This document shows positions 26,381 to 37,887 of a stretch of 64,000 bases of DNA, piece after piece (the first letter of the stretch is position 1; the number at the start of each line of letters is the position of its first letter). The stretch spans positions 7,254,001 to 7,318,000 of the forward strand of contig NC_045138.2 of assembly GCF_008831285.2 (NCBI RefSeq), in the 5' to 3' direction. This DNA is from Nymphaea colorata. Taxonomy: Eukaryota. The notes beneath the pieces were generated by a model. That model did not search any database. It was given only the letters and a program-made list of their open reading frames with translations, and had not been told where the DNA came from. The translations under genes were made by a program, and so were the position numbers.

Positions 26381-28947
26381 TCAAATTGATGGTGAACATC
26401 CGCCTATGGTATTGCTCTTGACGAAAGGTACTGGCTTGAATTCTTCCTCAACATCCACTTTTTCATAGCTTTGGCACCCCAAGGCTTGAGTGCCTCGTTG
26501 TCCTGTCAAAGTAACTGGTTCCAAGATTCCATTTTCATGTTTGCCAAGGCCAGTAAATGGCTGGTAGCCATGGCGTATGAGTAAATCCAATCCTTTCTCA
26601 TTCTGGCAGAATTTCTTGAACAACGGATGACTTTTGTAACTTGTTTCAAGTTTGGTACCCCTTTTCACCCATACCTGTTTCTTTGGTTTCTGAATGGCCA
26701 ATCTGCTAAGACTTTGAGATATTTCTTCCTCTTTGCAGACTCGAATACTGGGTACCTCAATTGTATATGTTGGTACCGGAATCATTGGGTGTACAAGCCG
26801 ACTTTCCCTATCCTCTGCATAAATGGTTATAGAATTCCCGTTGTGAGTCCATTTGACACACTGATGTAGAGTGGAGGGAACTGCATTGGTAGCATGGATC
26901 CATGGCCTGCCAAGCAACAAGTTGAAGGAGGGTTCTATATCCACCACATGAAATAAAACCCGATGATACGTCTCAGAAATATTCAAATCCAGACATATGC
27001 ATCCTAGGCATGGTTGTCCTGTCCCGTCATATCCATGGATGAAAATTTTGGATGGAGTATAGTCAGCCTGTCTTATGCCCAACTCACGAGCTGTTTGTTG
27101 TGGACAGATGTTCAGGCTTGCTCCACCATCAATTAAAACGTGGGAGACTCTGGTGCCCCTTGTCTCTATCACTATGTGCAAGGCGTCATTGTGCGATGCA
27201 CCTCCAGTTGGTAGATCTTTATCAGAGAATATGATCGGACTATTTTCACATAATTCAAAAGCCCATTCATTCCCCTGTTAGGGCTAAACCCTCCCTTCTT
27301 GACTTCAGGTAAGGGGTCCAATTCATTGAAAATGGATTCTAATGGTTCAGGGTCGCACACTTGTGACTTCTGATCAATCTCTGTCAGATGGTCTTGTTTA
27401 ACCAGTCCGGTTTGTGCATTGATGGATCCTTTATCATGTTTGAAAAGCAATCCAAAGAAATCCAGGGACGCTGTATCCCTTTTGTTTGTCACCATAATTT
27501 GACGACCTGTTGAAAATCTGACCATCGAAACTATTCCTTTGCCATGTTTAGGAAAAGGATTCTTGAGAATGTCCGGCTGTTCACTGACCTCTTTGATTAT
27601 TTCTTTGTCAACTGCATCTTGCACAATATTTTTAAGTACAAGGCAGTCTTCTGTATCATGTCCTGGAGCGCGATGAAATTTGCAGAATTGCTCTTTGTTT
27701 TTCCCCATCATTGGTGGGGGGTTGGAGACTTTTGGGAGAAACAGAGTACCTCTTTCGATTAGCATATGCATGACCTCTTCATAACTTTGTTGTAATGGGG
27801 TAAATTTTCTATCGTACCCCATCCAGGATGTTTGTTTTTGGTGCCACTACTACTGCCACTAGCTCTGTCCATTACCCCTTTATTCTTGGGATATTCAGAC
27901 TTTTCTTTCTTGAAGGCTGCAGCGTTGGCCACGATGTTGGCTGGAGCATTCTGACTTCTGCTATTCTTTTTTGTATCTTCCTTACTTTTACCGGGATGAC
28001 AGCATCAAAAGCTCCATTCTCAATTCCTGCTTCAATGCATTCTGCCCTCTCAGTGAGATCGATGAAAGACTTGATTGGAGCATTGGAAATGAGGCTCCTT
28101 AATGGTTGTGTCAAATTGTTTACGATCAATCCCAGTGCATGGGATTGAGAGATTGGGTCTCTCATCTTGTTGCAAGAAGACCTCCACCTCTGAATAAAAT
28201 CTCTCACCTTTTCACCTGGCCTCTGTTTTAGATAGCATAATGTGGTGATCGTTGGTGCAGTTTCAACGTTTTGAATGAACCTTTCGATGAAAAGGTTGAT
28301 TAACATGTCAAAATTTTTCAATTCCACTGGGTTGATGTGTTCCCGATACCATTGTGCTGCAATTCTTCTAGGCTTCTAGGGAAACATCGAAAGAGGGCCC
28401 TATGATTGTGGCGGAATTTGTAGCATTCAGCAAAGAACATGGCCAAATGTGCCTTTGGGTCTCCATGGCCATCAAATTTGATAAATTTCTTGGGCAAGTT
28501 TTTTATGTGTATGTCATTTTCGAAGCTTTCGTAGAAATCTTCGCAAGTGAAATTCCTCTTGTTCTTGCCTTTAAGTTGTACTGCATTTAACTTTTTTTCA
28601 ACTTCCTGGATTTTTGTTTTCCAGGATTCTCCCTTCTTCTTTTTCTTGGGAGTTTTCGGTTCTTCCTCACTACTAGATTCTGTTGTAGCGTCTTCAGAAG
28701 AGTCTGAACTGCTTGATGAGTACTTTCTTGTTTTCTTCCCTTTCTTTTTGGCTTTTTCTGCCTGCGCTTGTTCTTCATTGAACATGATCATGTATTTCCG
28801 GAATCTTCTGTATTCCTCAAATTCTGGGTCATTTATTTCCACCTTGGGAGGTGTTTCTGAGGAGGATTCTTCTCCCCTATCTCCTATAAAAGGTTGATCA
28901 AGCTCCATTTCACTCCTTCTCCTGCTTTGGCTTCTGGTTTCAACCAT
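26381..28947 (-). CDS. gag: Ogre gag-protease with G-patch; several apparent frameshifts
   Basis: MVETRSQ start at 28947; KFDGHGDPKAHL; LKQRPGEKVRDFIQRWR; knuckle CKFHRAPGHDTEDC; protease VLIDGGASLNI...FNLLLGRPWIH; G-patch-like LLIRHGYQPFTGLGKHENGILEPV. Confidence 0.9.
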
Positions 28948-29130
28948 AAAGTGGATGTTCACCTTGCAAGAAGAAAAATTGAAAATGTTAGGATGTGAAT
29001 TGATGAGAGGTGACAAATTTTGATTACATATTAAAAGAAAGATGAGAATGACAAAACTTGACAAAGTTTAACATAACTTGACAAAACTTGACAAATTTTG
29101 GCTTAATGACAATGAACTAGACATGACAAT

Positions 29131-30342
29131 CTAGGACAGAAGGATAGATGGGCGGACTTCATCCCACCATTTTACATATTCGGGACCCATTCCTGGACCA
29201 AGGATAAGATACAAGTGAGCAAATGATTCCCAACGTTGCTGGGCATAGGTGTATATCTCGGACCACTCTTCAGTGTCTAGTTCACACTCCACAATGGCTC
29301 CTTCTGACTCAATTGGATATGCCTTCCTCTGACGCAGTGAGAATTGCCTGAGGCAACGCTCCGGATGAAATTCAATTATGAAAAACGGTCCCAATAGAAG
29401 ACTTCCTCTGACTGGGTTGTAAGTGTATCTTGACTTGATGACCTCTCGATCAAAGAAGTCCCAAATGATGGTGGAGTCATCAACTTCCTCCATCTTTCTG
29501 CGGTAGTGCTCCATACTAGATAACTGACCGTCTGTGTTTTGAAAATGACATGATTGTGGCCCCACATGTTTGTAGAACCATGCTTGCAGTGCAAAGACAC
29601 ATCCTTCTATCGAGTCTGCATCTCCAATTGAAAATTTGGCCAACCCTCTATAAAGGAATGCCAAGGCTGCCATTGCTATGGAAATGTGACGGACTTGGAC
29701 ATGCCCCCATTTTCTGAAGAGGCGAGCTATGCAGAAATCCATTATGTGTTCTTCATTATTGAAGAAGATAAGACCCACGGTACAAGTCACTATGGACTTT
29801 TTGTACTTGTCTGCAACAGTTCTAGATAGTGACGCAGGGTTGACAAATTGGGAGTATGTTTCACCAAGCTCTTGTAGTTGAAGATATTGATGTCCATCTT
29901 TCTCTAGAAAATGCCAACTCCTTTTCCCTGTGAGTTTACGAATCACTTCTAGAGTTTTGACTTGACCTTGGTTTACAAGGAACTGGTCTTCAATTGGACC
30001 TCTTGGGTCACCTTTTGGTTCTGGCAAACCCATAATGTTGGAGAACTCATCAAGAGTGATTGTCATTTCACCCCATGGAAACCAGAATGTGTTGGTCCTT
30101 GGGTTCCATCTTTCAGCAATTGCATGGATTAGATTGCCATTGATAGGCTGTATGGCAAGACTGACTGCTTCTTCAAGTCCGCAATCCTCTAAGTGATCCG
30201 GGAACATACACCGAAAAGTTGGGTACCATGAAAGATACCACTGAGGTAGGTAGACTCCACTTGGGATGATGCGAAGTCCGGATCGGCCTTGACATGACCC
30301 GAATAGGATGTGGTCATATGGGAAGATACTTTCTGAGTCCAT
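29131..30342 (-). CDS. Extra ORF of the Ogre element encoding a plant mobile domain (PMD, MAIN/MAIL-like) protein, 403 aa, intact
   Basis: Uninterrupted ORF between PBS and gag. LIHAIAERWNPRTNTFWFPWGEMTITLDEFSNIMGLP matches the PMD signature (ERWxPxTxTFxxPxGEMTITLxD); also AALAFLYRGL, IEGCVFALQAWFY and IEFHPERCLRQF. Confidence 0.9.
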   Translation of the reverse strand: MDSESIFPYDHILFGSCQGRSGLRIIPSGVYLPQWYLSWYPTFRCMFPDHLEDCGLEEAVSLAIQPINGNLIHAIAERWNPRTNTFWFPWGEMTITLDEFSNIMGLPEPKGDPRGPIEDQFLVNQGQVKTLEVIRKLTGKRSWHFLEKDGHQYLQLQELGETYSQFVNPASLSRTVADKYKKSIVTCTVGLIFFNNEEHIMDFCIARLFRKWGHVQVRHISIAMAALAFLYRGLAKFSIGDADSIEGCVFALQAWFYKHVGPQSCHFQNTDGQLSSMEHYRRKMEEVDDSTIIWDFFDREVIKSRYTYNPVRGSLLLGPFFIIEFHPERCLRQFSLRQRKAYPIESEGAIVECELDTEEWSEIYTYAQQRWESFAHLYLILGPGMGPEYVKWWDEVRPSILLS

Positions 30343-31120
30343 CTAGACAAGAGAAGGTATTAGACTTTGACATGAATTGACCCAATAGAGACTCGAGAAG
30401 AGTTTTGACATTGGGTTTGGACATGGACTTAGGGGCAAAGTAAAACATCACATGCGTCCAAACAAGCAGTTAATGAAAAATTGATAATGCAATTCCTAGG
30501 ACTCTTGCCTATATGCATTATTTTGAAAATTGGTCTTGGAACCTATGGAAAATAAATGGGTAAATGGTTCTTTATTTATCCAAAATTTATGGTATACCTA
30601 TATACCAAATTTATGGTACTAGCATTGACTCCTCCAAGGGTTTTCTAGATTTGGGCTCTCCGTTTCTCCTTGTTCACCCATCGATATACCGGGACTATTG
30701 TCCGTTTCGGTACTAATGGGGGGACTTCTCAGTCCAATTGGGTGGTCCAGTTGTAAGGCTATATCTTGGACTAATGTCCTAGAAATAGCCCGGCAACATG
30801 ATGACCGGGATATGATATAGGTAAGGATTTGTTTTTCAAATTCATGAGAAGATGCAAAATAGATGGCTCTATTGCATACATTCCTAAGAGATGGATTTGA
30901 AATTTTGAGAGCATACATGGGCTGCATACAATCCTTAAATTGAGGAGGGGTAGGATAAATTGAAATGAATGAGGTTCATGAAATCTCCTCAATGTACACT
31001 ACATGACGTCGGTATGCATTTTTGTGAATTTAATTTTTTTTTTTTTTTTGTGCAATTGATGTTCGACATTGGTGAAAATAACTCATATATGATCCAAATA
31101 AGTCTTTAGACAAACAATGA

Positions 31121-31140
31121 CGGGTCCACCGGGTGTGCCA
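31121..31140 (-). promoter_or_regulatory. Ogre primer-binding site, probably tRNA-Arg
   Basis: Minus strand TGGCACACCCGGTGGACC lies 2 nt after the 5' LTR CA and resembles the Arg-type PBS used by Ogre/Tat elements. Confidence 0.75.
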
Positions 31141-31142
31141 TC

Positions 31143-34100
31143 TGTTCGCACCCCACTCCTTTTTCAAGAAGGTCGAAATGCGAGTCAGCAAAATTCTTTT
31201 AAAATTGGGGTTTTGAGAAATTTTCAAGAGAAGGGATCCGCTCGTCGGTACGAGGTCCAACCGTTCCTGCGCCTTTAACAGGGTAATTAGACAAGGACTA
31301 AGGATCATTTGGATCATATACGAGTTATTGATGTAAGTCCTATATACTTATGCATTGAGGTTTTGGATTCAAGACCGAAATTCATTTTTTTGAATAAATG
31401 AATTTGAATATTGGGGGTTTTCAAGTTGGTTTAAAAACCTTTGTTTTGGTGTTATTTGAAACACATAATTCTTGAGGATTTTTGAAGATTTGGAATTGAG
31501 TTCTTTGTTGTGAACTCTAGATGATGATAAAAATGATTTTGAACTCTTCTTTTGTCAAATCATGTGATTTGTAGAATTCATTCTTTTGAAAGAACATAGG
31601 TTCCAAATTGTTAGAAACATGTTTTTCAAATGCACTTTGGCCAAAAGATTATGAATGTGTTTCTTTTGAAGTTAAGTGAAGTTTACAAATTCTCATTGCA
31701 ATATGACTTGGTCACTTTTTGCAACTTAAATTTGAATCACTTAATTTCTTGAGAATGTGCATGTGGTGCCATTGATTTTGAGTGAAAGTGAATGCATGAA
31801 ACGAGAATAGAAACTATATGGAACATTCATTCTTCTCTCTCTCATAATCCATCAAGATTCATTCATATGAAACATACATTCTTCACTCCCTCATATCTCT
31901 CAAGTCCGTATTGCACGTCATACAATCTATACATGAAGATTGATTAAAATGTAGGACTTTCTCTATATGTGCTCATTATATGATTAAGCACATGAATTAG
32001 AGATGTAGTCCATAAGCTTGAGGCTTGACATAAAATTATCAAAATGATGAAAATATATAAATGATGTCAAGTTCAATCTTTGAAACGGATGGGAGACATG
32101 GATGACGTCCACTTTTGTCTCAAAATAGCTAAAAATCAGACCTTGTGTTGATTTAAATAGCTGAAAATTGTGGACATTGATTCCAATAAGGACTTGTTTC
32201 TTAGATAGAAACAATGAGTTTTTCAAATCTATTCAAATTCCAGATTTCGTAGTAATGAAATCATCAACTCCTTTGGATGATTCTAGGATGGTTGGTATTT
32301 CAAATATAAATTTTGATATTCTTAAACCAATTCCTATGAAACATGGTCTGATTTCAACAACATACATACATCTTACGTATGGGTTTGCTGAAATTAAGTA
32401 AAAATGAAATGAAAATAATTTATAATCTTGCACTAGAAAAATCAATAAAAATGGCCATTTCCTTAAAGACCGGTTTGGAAACATGTTCCAACCTGATTTT
32501 AAGGGAGGAATGTAATTTTTGACAAGAAATCGGATACATATATGTACATATATAACAATGTATACATATACGTACCTTACTTTTCAAAATGAAATTTTAT
32601 CAAGGGACCGCATGACTCATGAATCATGATGATTCATGGCTGGGTTCTTTTATGTAGGAAGATTGAGAACTTGTTTCAAATCTTCCCTACTACCCTTGAT
32701 TAATTAAATTGAAAGACATGAATCAAAATGACTGTGAATAAGAAAGAAAATAAAACAATACTCAAGCTTATTCGTCCATCATTTCGCCATGCAAGGGTGG
32801 ATCACATTCATAAAAACGTATCCATCCCTTATAGGCATTTTCATCATACGTGATGTAGCAAAATCACTTCTCACCGTGGGATTCTCTCATGGTAGGGAGT
32901 TCAAAATGGTATTAAGTTGGTTCCTTTGAAAGGGACGTGGCCTTGGGGCCCATTTCGAAATTTGATACTTGGGTTCATATTTAAGAAAAACCGACATATG
33001 CATGCATTATGCATTAACATGTACATTGAAGCGTAGGTTTCCCTTAGCTGGACATCATTCCCAGCCGTAAGCAAATGAAAATAAACCCTCCCACGAATTG
33101 TTGGAATTAAAATAAATCAACAATAAGCTAAAGTAGAAGAGAAGTGAGTTAAGATCACCTACCTTGCGGTCGGTCTTGATGTTTGTCTTCGTCTTCACTT
33201 GTTTTCTAACCCAAGCAATCCTAAGCAAGAATCCAACCGTGGATTCAAGCTTAGCAAAGCTAGAATAAGAAATAGCTTGCTTGCTGGAATTTGGAGTGGT
33301 AAAGAGGGCTTCTCACCACGAAAATCCTAAGTAAGGGTTCACTTAAGCACCCTAACTTAGCAAAATCAATGGGGAGAATAGAAGAAAGTGAAGAAGAGAA
33401 TGGGAGAAAAAGGGGAAGGGGGCTTGGACGACCTCTTCTCTCTTCCTTGGCTNNNNNNNNNNNNNNNNNNNNNNNNNNNNNNNNNNNNNNNNNNNNNNNN
33501 NNNNNNNNNNNNNNNNNNNNNNNNNNNNNNNNNNNNNNNNNNNNNNNNNNNNTCCCATTGCTGGAATTAAAATAAATCAACAATAAGCTAAAGTAGAAGA
33601 GAAGTGAGTTAAGATCACCTACCTTGCGGTCGGTCTTGATGTTTGTCCTTCGTCTTCACTTGTTTTCTAACCCAAGCAATCCTAAGCAAGAATCCAACCG
33701 TGGATTCAAGCTTAGCAAAGCTAGAATAAGAAATAGTTTGCTTGCTGGAATTTGGAGTGGTAAAGAGGGCTTCTCACCACGAAAATCCTAAGTAAGGGTT
33801 CACTTAAGCACCCTAACTTAGCAAAATCAATGGGGAGAATAGAAGAAAGTGAAGAAGAGAATGGGAGAAAAAGGGAAGGGGGCTTGGACGAACCTCTTCT
33901 CTCTTCCTTGGCTTCTCCCTCCTAGCTCCTTGGCTGCAGCAATTTGATAGAATGCTCCAAAATTTCGTCCTCCCCCTTGGTGGCCAAGGGGAGGTTTATA
34001 TAGAGGAGGAGGTGGGTTCAACCACCTTCTTAACTCACCTTGGGAACTTACTTAAGACCTTGGGACTTGTAAAATGAGTTAAATAGACTTTAAAGGCTCT

Positions 34101-35383
34101 AATTGACCATTTCTCAGCCCATTTCCATGAGCTAGGTGGGCTGGGCTAGGTTTGGTCAACTTGGGTTCAGACCTAGGTGACCATTTTGACCAAAATTTTG
34201 GACGAAAATGCCCTTGCACAAGGTTTTGCCCTTATTTTATACTATTTATTTATTTTTTGTTTGAAATCGAGCTTATAAGGTTAAAACCTAGTTACTAAGC
34301 TCCAAATGCCATTGAATTATGATAATTAAATTTAAATTTTAATAAAATTTAAAAATTTTATCAAATTTGGTTCGAAAAGGGTATTTTCGTCCAAAACTTG
34401 ATTGAAAATGGATTTCAACTCAATCAAACTTTCACTTGAGAAATTCAATTTAAATTTGGTATTTGATTGAAGCATTTGACAAATTCAAATGTTTATTTGC
34501 CTTTCATAAACCATTTTAGGCTTTTTAATCTTAAGTTGACCGCAGAAGGGCAAAATTGTCCAAATTGATCAATTTCGACCAATTGACCAAAGTCAAAGCT
34601 CATTTGTAAGTAGTTTGACTTTATTTGAGGTAATTTGATAAATTTGGGTCAAGAAAGCTCTTAATTGAGCTAAATTGTACTTTGACTGAGTTTAGTCAAA
34701 GTGGGTTTGGTTCGGTCAAAGTCTATTTTCGTCCATTAATTGGATCATGAGACAGACTTACGTTTTGACTGTGTTGAGCCCATGGTGACCGAACCTAGCT
34801 GGAATTGGCACCACATTTGAGTGCACCCGGGTCAAACCTACTTGGATTAAGTAGGTTAGGTGAGTTTGACCAGTCTAGTAATTGTTTCCTTGAAAATGAT
34901 TTTTTTTATTTAAGGAGGACCTGGTTAAAGAAGAGAGAGAGACATAAATGTCTCTCTTTTCCTAGGTTTCTCCTTTATTTCTTCTTGAAAATGACTTTTC
35001 TTCAATTAATTTGAGAGAAAATATTTATTTATTATTTTTTTGACATGGAGGGGGCATGGCCCCTGGGGGGGGCTCTTGACCACACGGGCTAGGTGGGGCC
35101 CACACGTGGGTCCCACGTAGCATTTTAGACTGAATTAGATCCAATTCTTGGATCTAAGTCAAAATTTGCATTTTGCAATTGGATTTGGATTTCAAATGAC
35201 ATTTGCAATTGAATTTGGATTCGTAATCCTGCATTGGGATTCATGTATCGGGTTAAATTCACGATTTGAATCTAATTGTTCTTTAGATTCGAAATTGGCT
35301 TTGAAATTGCAAATTTTCACAATTCTTTTGTGAAATTTTCACATTGCTTCAATTTTGATGTGGAAAAATTTGGGGTGTTAACA
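31143..35383 (-). repeat. Ogre 5' LTR (contains an assembly gap and a duplicated overlap)
   Basis: Direct repeat of 17968-21766. Confidence 0.93.
33453..33552. other. Scaffold gap (100 N)
   Basis: Run of N. About 360 bp before the gap (33089-33452) is repeated right after it. Confidence 0.99.
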
Positions 35384-35425
35384 CCCACCCCTTAAAAAAA
35401 TCCTGGCTCCGCCTCTGATGATGGA

Positions 35426-37537
35426 AATTAAGTTGTTGTTACTGCTAAAAACTCAAAGCTCCTAGTAGCATATATTGGAGAAGCAGAGGTTGTAGCTAAC
35501 TTTGGTATAGACTGGATTTTACGAAACATCTAACATGTTCTATGAAAGACTAAGAACTTGTTTTTTATGTCATAACTTACAGCTTTAAGTCACTATATAT
35601 TGGTCGACCCAAATGATGTGAAAGTTTATAGAAACAAAGATGTTTAAGGAACTCCCATATTTGAAGAAAGAAAAGTTGAGTCAATACATGTCTTTTCAAC
35701 AAAAACAACATATATTGACAAAACAAAGCAGCATGACACTCTAGATATCTGGCATGAAAGACTCACTCATGTTTGGTATAACAAACTCTATGAGATGTCT
35801 AATAAATGGCAGTTGATTGGTCTACGAAAGCTTGAGGTATGAACATACAAAGTATGCCCAGAATGTCAATACGACATGCACAGGAGGCCATTTAAAGAAT
35901 CGAAGTATAGAGCAAAATTACCATTCGAGCTTGTGCATTCAGATGTATTCGAGAAAGTACCAGACCCATCAGTTAGAGGCAAGTGGTATTTTATCACATT
36001 TATTGATGATTTTTTGAGGTATACTTGGGTCTATTTCATGAAAAAAAAAGTCTGAAGTACTTGAAAAGTGTAAGGAGTTCCACTAAATAGTGAGAAAGGA
36101 ACATGGTATAGAATTCAATGTCTATGAACTGATAATGGTGTTAAATATGCATCTGGCATGTTTATGGCAATTACTTGTAAGTAGGTTTACAAAATAAAAA
36201 GAAAGGCATATGGCTTAGTCGATAGATATAGGGCTCGATTAGTCGCAAGAAGATTTTCATAGTAGTATAACATGACTTTGAAGAAACTTTTAGTCCTGTT
36301 GTGAAGATCACATCTATATGTATTCTAATAGCTATTGTTGTAAGCAAGAAATGGAAGCTATGACAAATGTATGTAAAGAATATTTTCTTGCATGGAGATC
36401 TCGATCTTGAAATCCATATAGAGCAGCCTGATGGATTCAAATGTCCAAACAAGCTAGATTGCCCTTGCAAGTTAAAATATGCACTCTATGGATTGAAGCA
36501 AGCATCAAAAGCATGGTACGAGAAAATAGCTGAATTTTTGGTGTTTAGTGGATTTCAAGTCGCTTCAATAGATTCAAGTCTCTTCGTCAAGACAAGAGGC
36601 ATGATGATTATTATTTTGTTAATTTATGTTGTTGATTTAATTATACTGGAGATGACAATGAAGAAATTAATTTCATTATCGAAATGAAAGAGCTGGGGAG
36701 TTGCAACACTTTCTTGGATTGAAAATTTATTATGAATGTAAAAGGTTATTTTAAGTCTAAAGAAGTATGTTCATGACTTACTACGTAAGTATGGGTATGC
36801 TTGGTTGCAAACCTATCTCAACACTAATTGAAATAATTGCGAAACTTATAATTGATGAAGGAGACAAGCTAAAAGATGTCACTATGTACCAGCAACTAGT
36901 TGGAAGCTTAATTTACTTAACATTTTCAAGACTAGACATTTTCGATGCAGTTGGTGTTGTCAAACTCCAAGGGAGCCACATTTAAAAGCAGTGAAAAGAA
37001 TATTAAGGTATGTCAAAGAAACTCCTGACTTTGGTATACTTTATGAAAAAGGACCAACCTGTTACGTTGTTGGCCATTGTGATGCGGATATTGCTGGAGA
37101 CATATCAACTCGCAGGTCGACCATTGGAAATACATTCAGTCTTGGTATGGTGCAATTTCATGGTGCAATAAGAGATAGCCGATAGTTTCACTATCTACAA
37201 TAGAAGCAGGGGATAGAGCAACATCTCAAGTCGCACAAGAATGTGTGTGGTTGATGCGTCTATTGAAAGACATTAAACAAGATGTGGATTATGCAGTGAG
37301 ACTCTATTTCGATAATCAAAGTACAATTAGACTTGCAAAGAATCCTATCTTCCATGTTTGAACAAAACACGTAGAGGTGGAACATCATTTTATTAGAGAA
37401 AAGGTACTCAAAGAAGATATTCAGTTGCAGCCAATCGCTTCAGAAGATTAAGTCATTAACATCTTTATCAAAGACTTGTCAGTACAAATATTCACCAACA
37501 GAAGAATGTTAGGAGTCATGAGTAGAGAGTTAGTAAT
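35426..37537 (+). pseudogene. Copia-1 pol remainder (protease end, integrase part, RT, RNase H), decayed with an internal deletion
   Basis: WHERLTHV; LPFELVHSDV; abrupt jump from the integrase TDNG region to RT near 36200; LYGLKQASKAWY; YVVDLII (YVDD-derived); YQQLVGSLIYL; DADIAGD...RRST; TKHVEVEHHFIREK. Confidence 0.88.
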
Positions 37538-37548
37538 GAGGGGGAGAT

Positions 37549-37882
37549 TGTAAAGAGTCATCATCGACTCTCTTGGAAAAGTCGAGAAAACTCAATGGGC
37601 TTTGAGCCTTTTTTTTGTCGGTGCTTAAAAAGACTACAAGCTAAAACAAAAATAATAATTGAATGTGGTGGATTCTTCCACCACCGACTAATTTGAAGTC
37701 TCTTTGGTGCATACTTTCTTGGTTGCTTAGTTAAGTTCACTTTGTGAACTTTGTTGACTTGGTTAATGAGTTTTTACTAAGTCAACTTTGTCAAGTTTAT
37801 TATTGAGAATTATTTTGGACGTCGAGACTCTGTTGGTTTTTCCCCGGATTTAGATCTAAGTTGTAGCTAGAACCCACACACA
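37549..37882 (+). repeat. Copia-1 3' LTR (shorter, internally deleted)
   Basis: Follows the PPT, homologous to 11081-11645 but lacking about 230 bp; ends CA followed by the TSD. Confidence 0.85.
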
Positions 37883-37887
37883 TCCCT

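Larger units (their letters stand above)
17968..35383 (-). mobile_element. Ty3/Gypsy LTR retrotransposon, Ogre/Tat lineage, full length and young
   Basis: Near-identical ~3.8-kb LTRs with TGTT...AACA ends; perfect TSD CCCAC (17963-17967 / 35384-35388); PBS and PPT on the minus strand; order extra ORF-gag-PR-RT-RH-aRH-IN. Confidence 0.96.
12775..35417 (+). mobile_element. hAT DNA transposon (hAT-2, about 5.2 kb without the nested Ogre element)
   Basis: Perfect 8-bp TSD ATGATGGA (12767-12774 / 35418-35425). Left end CACGGGCGGAGGAAGG matches the reverse complement of the right end, CAGAGGCGGAGCCAGG. Copia-1 coding sequence resumes immediately after the TSD. Confidence 0.93.
11081..37882 (+). 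mobile_element. Ty1/Copia LTR retrotransposon (Copia-1), decayed and split by hAT-2
   Basis: Both LTRs start TGTAAAGAGTCATCA and end CA; 5-bp TSD TCCCT (11076-11080 / 37883-37887); decayed Met-type PBS TGGTTTGAGAGT at 11648; PPT GAGGGGGAGA at 37538-37547; domain order gag-PR-IN-RT-RH. Confidence 0.92.

Noticed and set aside
28948..29064. N-terminal extension of gag shown in the ORF track
   Set aside because: It starts at a non-ATG codon in T-rich, intron-like sequence; the ATG at 28947 is the more plausible start.
33089..33920. Tandem duplication in the Ogre 5' LTR as a biological feature
   Set aside because: It straddles a 100-N gap and is absent from the other LTR, so it is most likely a contig overlap.
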